From the NCBI GenBank assembly GCA_003990765.1, contig RBNJ01000219.1:1-36439 (forward strand): 36,439 nt of DNA, in the 5' to 3' direction. Source of the DNA: Jimgerdemannia flammicorona. Taxonomy: Eukaryota. The position numbers and the translations under genes were made by a program. A model generated the notes under the pieces. It made no database searches. It worked only from the letters and a program-made list of their open reading frames with translations, and had not been told where the DNA came from. This document shows positions 13,992 through 25,048 of this stretch, piece after piece (the first letter of the stretch is position 1; each line of letters begins with the position of its first letter).

Positions 13992-15378
13992 TTGTCTCAG
14001 CCCCCTCTGACGGATGATACCTTCCACGATGTGACCCTCGTCTGCTCCGACAATGTTGAAATCGGTGCTTCGCGCACGATTCTTGGCGCCCGTTCCAACG
14101 TCTTCAAGGCTATGTTTTACAGCGATACTCCGGTGCATGATCCCCACTCGGATAAGTTCCGCCTGAATGGTTTCGATTCCATCGTGGTTCAGATTGTGCT
14201 CCAATTCATCTACACTGGTGGCATCGAAGACGGCTTGCCGTTTATGCAGCTGATCAAGACGTATCACGCCGCCACCTACTTCCTTCTGCCCAAGCTCGGG
14301 CAGAAGACGGTGGAGCAAGTCCGACGTATCGAAAGTGTCGATTCCGTTGTATTCATGCTCAATGAGGCAATCGTCTCCGTCCCTGGCAATCAGGTCAATA
14401 CGGAACTTTACGATGTTCTCTTGACACCATTTTGCTCAAAACCCCTCAGCATCGGCGCTTTGAACAACCTCACCAGAGAGGCGCTCGAGTTCGTCCTGAA
14501 GATCACCAACTCGCGACATTTCCAAACGACTGAGTACGACCTTCTTCTCTGCCTCGTCGAAGGGCCTGGAACCCGCCGTTCTCGAGCGCCACCGTACCCT
14601 GAGGGAATTACGGACACCTCCCGCTTCGTTGCGAAGCCGGAAGTCAGCGTCAGGATTGTCGACGAGCAATCTCGGGCAGCTCTACGCGACCTCATGAAGC
14701 ACATCGATCTCACACTCATATGTCCTCATCGATTCGCGTATCTGGCGAGCTCCATTGACGCCTTGGCCGAAACTTCCCAGCATATGGTTCTCTGCCGATA
14801 CATCTGTGCGTACGGGTTTCCCTCCGGCCGATGCCCTCCGGGACACCCGTCGGGATACCGTGGGAAACCGCACGCAAAATGGGATCAGGTGAATATTGGT
14901 GAGGGCCTCGTCGTCTACGATGGTGGCGCCGTCGTCGAATGTCCCCGAGCTCCCCCCGGAGCGGCGATAATAATAAGGAATGCGATAATGTCGGAGCCGA
15001 TTGCCGATTGTTCTGACCGATGGGGCTGGGCACACTTTGGATGTATTGGTTGAGTCGATCGGCGTTGACGAAGCTGGTTGGCGTCGCGCGGATTTTGGGC
15101 TCGTTGCGGAAAGCATCATGGGCCCCCTAAAATGGGCTTATCAGAGGCACGGGTTAGCCGTGCATCTTCACAACAACGGTTTCCTTACAAATGGATACGG
15201 CGAACCGTTTGATGCGGGCGACATCATAACGTTCCACTTCGATTCCGTCGCTCGGACATGTTCGCTTTCGATAAACGGGAATACATACGGCCCTGCCTTT
15301 ACCAACCTTCCCAGCAAGGTGTATCTGGCTGCTACCCTTACTTCAAATGCTTGCTTTCGGCTGAGAAGACACAATTAA
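13992..15378 (+). pseudogene. BTB/POZ - SPRY-like protein, frameshifted by a 7-bp duplication; start uncertain
   Basis: BTB motifs FHDVTLVCSD, ILGARSNVFKAMFYS and LQFIYTG. SPRY-like C-terminus GDIITFHFD...SINGNTYGPAFTNLPSKVYLAATL lies in another frame. Removing one GCCGATT copy at 14996-15009 restores the frame. Confidence 0.75.
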
Positions 15379-15852
15379 TTGTTCTTTCCACTATGTTGTT
15401 TCTCGTCTCTGATACACATTCCTATTATGTTTTTTTATTTTTACTTTTATTTGGCTTGTATAATCTGTATACCATGTAAGAATTTCCCTATTAGTCTTTT
15501 TCTTTCTTTTTACTCTTCATCTGAGCTTTCTTCTTTTTTCTTTGTGTGATTTTTCTTTCTTTTTACTCTTCTTTCTCTTCACTCTTTTTATTTATTTTGT
15601 TTGTTAGGTATTGTACAATGCTATTAAATAGTGTATAAATACCTCTCAATAAAATTCAGTCAACTCTTCAGCCAAAAAAAAAAAACCAAATACTAAGCAT
15701 ACACTTACAAAAGGATTGGGCCCATGAATTTATCCGGCTTTGCTGTCCTTAGAGCCTTGGGCACCAGTTGGCATTGATTTGGCAGTGACCAATACTGCCT
15801 TAAAAGAAGCAGCCTTTTATCCCCTTTGGGTTTCAGTCAGAATGCGTCCAAT

Positions 15853-15958
15853 TTAGTCACTTTCCCACAATCACGTGACCGAACATCTCACCATCTTTTT
15901 GACTCAGACTGACCGCTTTTAAGGACCTGTCTTGACCGCGTCTTTTTAAGGACCTGTC
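15853..15958 (+). promoter_or_regulatory. Putative Gcn4/CpcA sites, E-box and duplicated motif upstream of the BCAT gene
   Basis: TTAGTCA 15853-15859, TCACGTGAC 15871-15879, TGACTCA 15900-15906, and a tandem TGACCGC..TTTTAAGGACCTGTC x2 at 15910-15958. Confidence 0.5.
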
Positions 15959-16021
15959 CATCCCATCCTTCTTCTCAACCCTCCCCCGCCCCCTGCCCGC
16001 TCTCGAGACACTTCCACAGCC

Positions 16022-17843
16022 ATGTTCAATGCTTCACTACTCAAGACCGCTTTTGCGAGGACCGCGAGGGCACAGCTCGCATGGCAGCCTAGAACTCTGT
16101 CCACTGTGGTCGAGGCAGGCCTAAAGGTGCGTTACAACCGTGTAGCGTTCGTCCTAGCACCGGCGCATTGAGGGATGCGTCCTTATAGCAGCTTGGCGAT
16201 GGGGTTGCTCAGAATTGGCAATTGGCGACCGGAAATAAGTAGAACACGCAATCATTTATCATTGTTAACACACCCTTTCCCCTGGTCCTCCCTCGTCTCC
16301 CTCCGCGTTCTTATTTCCCCACAGGCCTCTGCTCTCCGCGTTACCAAGGCCTCTTCTCTCAAACCCCTCGTCCCGAATCAGGACCTCATCTTCGGCCACA
16401 CCTTCACCGATCACATGCTAACTGTGGAGTGGAAAGTGGAGGAAGGTTGGGCTGCGCCGGAGATCAAACCCTACCAGAAGTTGCAATTGGATCCGAGCGC
16501 TGTGGTGTTCCATTACTCGTTCGAGGTGGGTGTTTGGTGGGCGGTTGGGTAATTCGGTTCCGCTGGGATAACGGGTAAAGGTAAAACGAAATCGGGCGGA
16601 TCGGGCTAGATGAGTGCTGCCCAAAGCATATGCCTGACAACGAGAGGTGACGGGAATTCGGCGTTGTGTGTATGAGTATCACTTGGCTTGAACCCCATTT
16701 ATTCACCCTCACATACATGCTTCTTTCCATTACGCAGTGCTTCGAAGGCATGAAGGCATATAAGGATAAGAACGGCAAAATCCGTCTCTTCCGCCCCGAA
16801 ATGAACATGGCAAGGTTCAATAACTCAGCCGATAGGATCGCGTTGCCGGTAATTGCCAAGTTTTCAAACCAGTCTTGTCTTTTGTTTATATTTGCCTATA
16901 CTATCATGTACTTACTCCTGTCCCCATCTACACCAGCAATTCGACGGCAACGAGCTTCTGAAGCTCATCAAGAACTACGTCAAGACCGAATCTCGCTGGA
17001 TCCCCAGTGAACGCGGCTATTCCCTCTACCTCCGCCCAACCATGATCGGCACGCAGGAATACCTGGGGGTGAACCCGTCCAACAGGGCGCTCCTCTTCGT
17101 CATAGCCTCTCCTGTGGGGCCTTACTACAAGACCGGTTTCAAGGCTGTCTCGCTCTACGCGACAACCGAATACGTGCGCGCCTGGCCCAACGGCACGGGC
17201 GCCAACAAGGTCGGCGGCAATTATGCCATCGGGATCAAACCGCAGCTAATGGCCACCAAACAGGGTTACCAACAGAACCTGTGGCTATTCGGCGAGGACC
17301 ACCAGCTCACCGAGGTCGGTACCATGAACTGCTTTGTCCTCTGGAAAGACGACAAGGGTGAACTCGAGCTCGTTACCCCGCCTCTCGACGGATCTATCCT
17401 GCCTGGCGTCACCAGGGACTCCATCCTCGGGCTCGCTAGGGAGTGGGGCAAGTTTAAGGTGTCAGAGAAGAGCGTCTCCATGCCGCAGATCAAGGAGGCG
17501 GTGAAACAGGGGAGGATGTTGGAGATGTTTGGCGCAGGGACCGCGTGTATCGTGAGCCCGATCAAGAAGATTGGATATTTGAATGAGGTAGGAGGGTTAA
17601 TTTTAATTAATTAATTTATTCGGTCTCGTTAAAAAGAACATCGGAGCTCTGTTGCAAAGTTCCAGCACGTTGCCTCCTCGTTTACCTAAACCCGCGATTT
17701 TATATATGCAGGACCTCGACATTCCCCTCGACCCCAACGACCCGAACGCGCAGGCCGGTCCCTGGGCCAAGAAGTTCAACGACACCATCATGGACATTCA
17801 GTACGGTGACCTGCCGCACGATTGGTCCGTTCTTGTCGATTAG
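16022..17843 (+). CDS. BAT1: Mitochondrial branched-chain amino acid aminotransferase, 5 exons
   Basis: Exons 16022-16126, 16325-16525, 16738-16848, 16937-17587 and 17712-17843. Arg-rich presequence. Motifs [25 protein letters not shown] lysine in [23 protein letters not shown] and FGAGTAC. Confidence 0.95.
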
Positions 17844-18177
17844 AAGATGATGGGCGGGGACAGAGGGTTGTGTGGGCTGTGCGCGATCGTGGTTGATAAA
17901 TATCATATCGGTTATTTGCGCGGGCGAGACTCGGTTCTTGGGAGTGCAGTGTTTGTACCGGTGCCAATCTATGTTACACTTTTGTGTATGCGATACGAGT
18001 TCAGACCTTAAATTAATGTGTGGTCGAGTGGTTTATACAGCTAATACAAATGTCCCCCAAAGAGACTTTTTAATTCCGGCAAACGCTGGCTGACGACGCA
18101 CATATATAATGCTAGTATAACCCTTCTCGCTAAGGAGATCATATGAAACACGCTTTATTCGTCTGGCCGATATGTCA

Positions 18178-18942
18178 TCACGGGATTAATAAGATCTTCC
18201 CAGTGCTTCTTCTACCGATGCGCATCAGCTCCGTTTGCCAACGTGAACGTCGTTGTGTCCGTAACCTTCCGCAATCCACCCGAACAGCTCACCAGCGCGA
18301 CGACCCCTGATATCGCGCGTTGTCGTCATGTTCCACAAATCCCCGCCCGTCAGCGTCTTGGACGTGTCCGTCAGCATGCGTGGGTCCACGAGAGCAGGAT
18401 CGCACCTGTCGTGGCGGAGATGATGCACAGTAATGAAACAAAAGCAATTGATAAACATAAGCCAAGCACGCAAAGACGAACACCCTCTCCCAGGAAAATA
18501 TATACATGAATACCACCACGTACCATAAAACACGACTGTGCCCCCATCAATGTGCTCCCAACAGAATCGCACCCCTTCCCGTCCTGCGAAAACGCGTGCG
18601 CCGACCCAGTCGTCGCTGTACAGTGCGACAGCGTCAGCTCCCACGGATGAGGCCACGTGGGCTTTATCGGCGCTCGATGTCAGGCCGAGGACGCGCGCGC
18701 CCTTGAGTTTGGCGGGCTGGATGAGCAATTGACCTACACTTAGCAAACCGTCATCGAACAGCGAAATCGGCATTGCATTGCGAGAGATTCCTTTACCCTG
18801 CAGCAGCGTGTACCACAACATTGTCTCCCTCGTTGACCGTGAAACTATCGTGCACCAAATAGTGCGCCGTCAGGCCTGTAAGCAGCACCGACGCCGCGGT
18901 CTCGAACGAGATGTTGCTTGGGAGAGGAATCGCGCGGCTCGA
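18178..18942 (-). pseudogene. Quinone oxidoreductase (MDR/zeta-crystallin-like) pseudogene, 3' half
   Basis: SRAIPLPSNISFETAASVLLTGLTAHYL...VVVHAAAG, DPRMLTDTSKTLTGGDLW and STGKILLIP* (stop 18178-18180). Several frameshifts and deletions. Confidence 0.8.
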
Positions 18943-18944
18943 CG

Positions 18945-19900
18945 AACCGCCCAAAGAAAGCCGCTTGCGTGCCATCCGTCCAGGACCGGTAGGACCTCTG
19001 CGTCAGATCCACCGTCGGACTGAAGGTTTTCTTGACGATGCGGGTGGCTGTGATGTGATGGGAGAAAGGATAAAATGAGGTGAATGATCTGAAACAGGGT
19101 AAGCGACGTAGGTTGGAGGGGAAGCAAGACCTACCCTCAGCGGTCGTGCGGTCCACTTGCGCGCCCAGGTCAATCTCGTACTCGTCCTCACTTGTAGGTG
19201 TATTGCGTGGATTAGGCGGGATGCAAAATGTGGTACGCTTGATGATGGATTCCTTCCTCCCCGTATTGGTGCGCGCGCCCCCAGAAAAACCAACCTATTT
19301 TTCTCCGGCTTTCGTTTTGGCGGGTCGCCGTCCATATCAATGAGCTCTGATATGGTCATGTCTGATCCACGAGCGTGAAAGCGATGATGAGACAACATCC
19401 CATCGCAAGCAGTTCACTCAAATCCAACTACACCCAACCAACACCCAACCAACACACACCTTCCACGTGCTTAGAGACTCCTCGACTCTCGTCGTCACAT
19501 ATAGATAATACCCGTCCAACGGATTCCACCTACTGCTGACCGCCTTCCCCCCCCCCCCGCGCCTGCTTCCTTCCTCCTCAAGCACACCATTTTGCATCTC
19601 GGCGGTTCGCCCTCCTCGCGGTCCAACCTTCTCTGCGAGCACCACTGCAGGCACACCTCATCCCAGTTATTGGGTGGGGCAGGACCCGTCGGGGAATCCG
19701 GGGGTGAAAGGCGCGACTTGACGAAGTTGCGGAGGTAGGGACGAAAACTGGTGTAGGGTGTTTTGGCAGGGGAGTCGGGAGGTTGAGTGGGTGGGGTTAG
19801 GGTTTGGAGGTGTCGATTCGCAGTGACGTAATCATTCTTCTTCGATTTTAGGAGATGAGTAGGACGTAACTCACTCGCCGAGCCATCATATGCCTCATAT
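18945..19900 (-). pseudogene. 3'-truncated, intron-containing fragment of a hypothetical fungal gene
   Basis: Exon-like blocks EVCLQWCSQ...PRCKMVCLRRK, NPLDGYYLYVT, EDEYEIDLGAQV and KTFSPTVDLTQRSYRSWTDGTQAAFFGRF, bounded by GT/AG. Frameshift in a G-run near 19550. Confidence 0.45.
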
Positions 19901-20619
19901 TGGTCGTTCAAGGTAGAAATACAACTCGAAGACAAATAAGAGTGCAAAGGGACAAAAAGTTTGTAAAATGAGGTGTATATCTCGTCAAGAACGAGGAATC
20001 TGGTGACGTAATTATATGGTCTTAGCCATAGGTCTTAGCCATGACAAATTTTCACACTGACAATCCCATGGACTCAAACCTCCTCGCCACAACCCTGCGA
20101 ATACTATATAAGCCCGGGCGAAAGCCGCCTATTGTGGTTCTCTATTCGTCCTCTGATCTTGTGGTTATGGGGGCTCTTAGCTGGATTCTTAAAGTTGGAT
20201 TTTTGGCTAGATTTCTTGGCTGGATTCTTGGCTAGATTTTTAGGCTCTTTTAATTAGATTTTTATTATTCTTTAGATAAATAGTGCAAGGTGGTTAGGGT
20301 AGGCGGGCACTTTAATTAAATAGCTGTATAGTGCCGGGTGGTAAGGGTCGGCGGGCACTTTAAATATATAGCTGCGAAGGGTTTTTTTAAATAAATTTTT
20401 TATTAAATAAAATAAAATATAATAATAATAATAATAATAATAATATAAAGAACTTTATGTGTAAGCGTTGAAAGTCCGAGAGGCTTAGAGGTACACCGTT
20501 GTGTTCCAACCTCGCCAACAATTCAAAAGCGCCAGCACCTACGAAAACCCAACCTTCGCCTGACTTTTCCTCTAAAGTGGTCGCGCACCCTCGACTACCC
20601 CATCAACTACATGTCCGTA

Positions 20620-21630
20620 GGCTGTCGAGGGGCTCGACAAGTCCGACGTCTTGGTCGGCACCGATGGCGGGCACGTCATGGTGCTGTACCGCGACGGAGT
20701 GGGTTTTTGAGGTGGACGACGCGAGATGTTCCTCTCTTTCTGACGCTTCTGTTTCAGAAGAAAAAAATGGGGAATTGATCACCTCTTTTCCCTCCCTCCA
20801 AAGGATGGCACGGTTCTAGAGACCAAGGGTAGTCGGTTCTGCTGCATGACGTGACAAGCTTTGGCGCCTTCGATCTTGTCGTCGGCGACTCGAACAGTAA
20901 CGTAACTATTTTTTCGAGGCAGCAGATGCTCAGTAAGAGAGCTGAGGAGCCGCCGTGGGCCAGCTGGAGGTGTTTCACAACGCTGGTAATGAGATGGGAT
21001 ATTTTTGTTTTTCTTCGGGATGAATAAGGGCAACTTGAGGGTTGGAATGCTTTGCACATTGTGGTTCATGGTTTGACTTTTTTTTTTTTAAAAAAAAAAA
21101 AAGTGGGCGAATTTGAGATCATGGCTGGCGATGCCACCCACAAGAGCCTAAGCGCCTCCGAGCATTCAGCCCGGCTTCTCACGAGCACGATGGTACGTGA
21201 CAGGTGGCCGCCCGTACTTCATCGCAATACCCTAAACCCCCTTATTCATCAACCAGACGCTCTCGATCCGGTGTCTTCTCTCGACTTTACTCCCGGACCG
21301 CCACGGCACCGAGACATCGTATCTGCTTGCGTGCGACGGCGCGCCCTCGTGCACGTTGTACAGGACGGGGAGAGGCTCGCGAGCGTGAGGGTGCCGAGCG
21401 TAATCAATTCGGTAGGTTTATGCGAGACTGAATTTGTTTCTTTTCTCTTTCTTTGTCAGTGCTCTTTCGAATAAGTAGATCCATGACCGAACTCCATCAG
21501 ATGTGCGAGGGTTATTTCCGTCGGAGACATCCGGAAGATGGTGGCGGAAACGGGGGCGCGCGGGACATTGTCGAAGGTTCGGAGACGACTGGTCCAACAG
21601 CCCCAGTACCAGTTCGTCCCATCTACGCAG
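20620..21630 (+). pseudogene. Degraded fragment of a beta-propeller/FG-GAP-like gene
   Basis: Exon-like blocks DKSDVLVGTDGGHVMVLYRDG, HDVTSFGAFDLVVGDSNSNVTIFSRQQML, GEFEIMAGD and VHVVQDGERLASVRVPSVINS, with broken frames. Confidence 0.4.
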
Positions 21631-21733
21631 GTAAGTCACACTCATCTCAGGTCACAAACACCATGTATATCTTATCGGAACCATAACAATACTCCACAAT
21701 AGGGTATTGTCAGTCACACACAAATAATTCATA

Positions 21734-22296
21734 CGGAACTACGACGAATTCGGCGTTGGCGTGGGCGACATCAGCAAAGCCTATGTGGTCGCCGGGGAGG
21801 GTCGGTGACTTTTTGGGATTGATAAAGATGCGAGGATGCGGAGGAGTTGGAGAAGGCATCAGTGAGAAGGCCGGGAGAGAGAGAGAATATTGTGCGCAAT
21901 TGCATAATCCTTCCGCATGCTTACCTTCGTACCTGTACGCACACCATTGTCAGCAACGTGAACGCATGCTCGCAGAATAGTCGAAAACGAATACATCGAA
22001 CTTACCCAAGGATCCATGGTAGCTGATTCGCATCAACATGATAGCTTCCTTTCCCCCGGTATATGTCTGCGAAATTGAACCCGATTGCCTTCATCCTGAC
22101 CCAATACATTCGTCGAGCTGACGGCGGGGACGTCGAAATCGCGATATTCCAGAACCTTTCCGCACGAGGGAAAAAGAGAATGCGGATTGGATCCGCTGAG
22201 GAAAATGGGTTTCCGAGCTTGGAATAAGTCCAGGGGGAAGAAAAAATGATATCGTACCTCGGATCCGCCAAACGTCGAAAAGCATAAGGCTTTCAT
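21734..22296 (-). pseudogene. Quinone oxidoreductase pseudogene, 5' half
   Basis: ATG at 22296. MKALCFSTFGGSE|VLEYRD...VRMKAIGFNFADIYRGKGSYH...WILG|YE|...PGDHIGFADVAHANAEFVVVP. +1 frameshift at ~22100. 8-nt microexon at 21925-21932. Confidence 0.82.
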
Positions 22297-22623
22297 TCTG
22301 CGTGGGAGATTTCTATCCCGAGAGACGGAGGAACGACGAGTCGTCACATGATTTTGTGTTCTGTGCCGGCGATTATTTCCTGCGAGAACATTCAGTGTAG
22401 TACTGGTATACGAGAATTAGCGGCAGTGTATTTTATATCACTTATCGAAGACAATTTATTTGCGAATAGGTTACATAGCAATCATTGCACGGGAAAAACT
22501 GACCCAGCACGACCGATAAATTAAGTGACATTAATTCGAGACGATGTCTAATTCTCGTCATAGCGTTTTGAAAGGTGACCCACGCCTCTATTGCGTCATA
22601 GACAGCCCATCCACCCTATTCTA

Positions 22624-24341
22624 TCATAATTTTATCTGCAAGCTCGGGTTTCCTCCCATACGCAACCTCCGCATTCCAATACGTCTTGTACGTCGTGCCT
22701 GGCAAAAGCTCGGCCGTTGCCTTGCTGGTCATGGCACTGTACTCATCTTCGCCGAGGCCGAGAGCGACGAGCATAACTGGTCTGAGCGATTTGTAACTCG
22801 TGATGGTGTTCTGAAGCGGTGGGCAAGCGGGAGAGTGTTGAGTGGGAGGTTATCGACAACTCGGGATCATGAGAGAAGGAGAAGATGGTACCTTTGCCGC
22901 CGCCGCACCGATATCGCCGCCCCACCCGACGGGGACGGAGATAGTTTTGTGAACCACGGACTCCAAGCCTGCATTCTCAAGGTTTCGAGAGCGGTGAGAG
23001 ATGCAGGCCATGTTGATGCCACGTAGGCCGAACATATAATGCACTTGAGAAGCCGGGAGAAAAAATTTAGATATAGATGCAAATATAATGTATCTATCGG
23101 CAAACTCTTGCTGAGCAACCTACGTTTCTCGTCGTATGCCGTCGCCGCAGGGCCGCTGTTGTACAAGCGCCCATCGGTATCAACTGCGATAAGAATATAT
23201 GTTGATCGACGTGCAATGTCAGAAGAACATCTCTCAATCAAAGGGCGATTTTGCGATCCCTCCCCTAATTCCGACTTGAAAGGAAAGAAAGAGGGAGCGA
23301 GAACTCCCAACCAACGCAACTTACTCAGTTCGACCCACCCACCCCTCTTCGTAACCCTCACGAGCTCCGCATATACTTCGGGCCACTCCAGTTCGCGGAA
23401 CGAACCCACCTGCATTCTCTGGAAGACGTAGTCGAACGTGTCATCGGGGAATGGCAGGCCCTTCAGCGTGTTGGCAATCACGAAGCTACAGTTTTTAGGG
23501 GCACTGGCAACGTAGGGTGCAAAAACGTCGATCATGTCGGAGCCCGTGAAGCTGCTATTGGCGTAGAGCTGTGCCATCTCCTAGAAGCGGGATAGTGCAG
23601 AGCACATAGTGTCAGAGGCAGCTGTTTTGAGACGAAGCATAAAGGAGCAAAAAATGTGACACGTTGCACGCACAATTGACCATACTCCTGTTCCGCAACT
23701 ATGGGAGTTAATAAACAATGTATGATTAACGTATCCTCTTGAAGGAGAATCTTCGTGTTGCATGATACTAACCCCACATCGAGCACTTTGATACCCTGCT
23801 GGAGTCCCTCACGCACCGGCGCCACGAAGTACCTTATGATTGTAAAGGAAAGCAAAGAGAGCCGTTAAAAGAATGGCAATTGACATGGATGAAACGAACA
23901 GAAGATACTTGGGTGTTTTAACCACCCTTACCCGTTAAATGCAGCGCTGCGCACAATTGAAACCCCGAAACGCAATATAATATGATGATTCAGTTTCAAG
24001 CTCGGCCGAGACAGAACTCCCCAGCATTCGATCTCAAATTCTTACCGGAATATATAGTGCTTTGTGGTCATTCGAACATTAGTAAAGCCTATGTCAAATG
24101 CACGGACATGATAAAAGCCCCACTTGGATAATTCATTGATCCTTACCTGAAGGTTCAATCGTGAGCTCTCGGCGTCGTCATTCGGCAAAGCATAAGCCGG
24201 ATTACCGTCGGATCTGTAGCCACGCCCTTCAAGCCATCGGAAGCCCTCGGGCAGGGAATCGTCGGTGCTCTTGGGAGATGTGTTGTAATCCGCCTTGCGG
24301 GACTTGGAACGTTTGAGAAGCTTGGAGACTTGGTGGCCCAT
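22624..24341 (-). CDS. Class I SAM-dependent methyltransferase with N-terminal MGxxxS motif, 9 exons
   Basis: Exons 24341-24147, 24059-24046, 23946-23932, 23832-23773, 23698-23674, 23580-23325, 23183-23124, 23043-22892 and 22810-22624 are in frame. Motifs YALPNDDAESSRLNLQHY, VLDVGCGTGVWS, LPFPDDTFDYVFQR, LVRVTKRGGWVEL and PVGWGG. Confidence 0.88.
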
Positions 24342-25048
24342 ATTTGATAATAGTGCAAAAAGAAGGAAAAACGAGCGCGGCTGGATATGTATGGGGAACT
24401 AGGCCCTGTACCACTTGACATTGTAGATGGATCGAAGCCACAACCTTGATGTTAATGAATCTAACTAGTTTGTGTTGGGCAGCTGACTTTATAAACTAGG
24501 AACCGTCCTACATGCGGTGCCTGATAACAGAGTCAAACGCGCAGAAGTTTGAGAATATAAACCCAAAGTTTGATGCCCGCACACCCAACTTAGCCATATA
24601 ACAGATGATTGTTTTATCCCATTAGAAGGATCTTTTATCCAATTTGTCGTGATATTATCATAAGGCAAAAAAAAAAAAAAAAAAAAATGCGGCATCATCT
24701 ATTGCAACATATCTCTCTCCCTTTACCTACAATTCCTATGGTGGTAATAATCACCGTTTTATTCGCTTGGTTAAAAAGAAAATGTGGTGGAATGCAAATG
24801 GGATTATTGTGGACAATGCACAAGAAAAAAAAAAAGAAGAAAGAGAAAGGAGAAAAAAAAAAATGCAGGAGTATGAGTCCTTCAAAAGAGATGGATTGAT
24901 GTGCAAAATGCGGAAGATTAAACAAAACGGGTAATTTTGAGAGAATATGGCCTGCATGGTCATCTCCCCACGTGGACCGACACAATTACGTCACGCAGTG
25001 GCTTGAGAAACCGACAGAACGCGCCAATCTTTAAACCAACCTTCGAAC

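Noticed and set aside
15480..15685. 3' end of a LINE (T-rich, AATAAA, short poly(A))
   Set aside because: Suggestive, but no RT remnant or TSD is visible, and it could be the BTB-SPRY 3' region.
11595..24341. P450, aminotransferase, oxidoreductase and methyltransferase as a biosynthetic gene cluster
   Set aside because: No backbone enzyme. The P450 and QOR are pseudogenes and the BCAT looks like the housekeeping mitochondrial enzyme.
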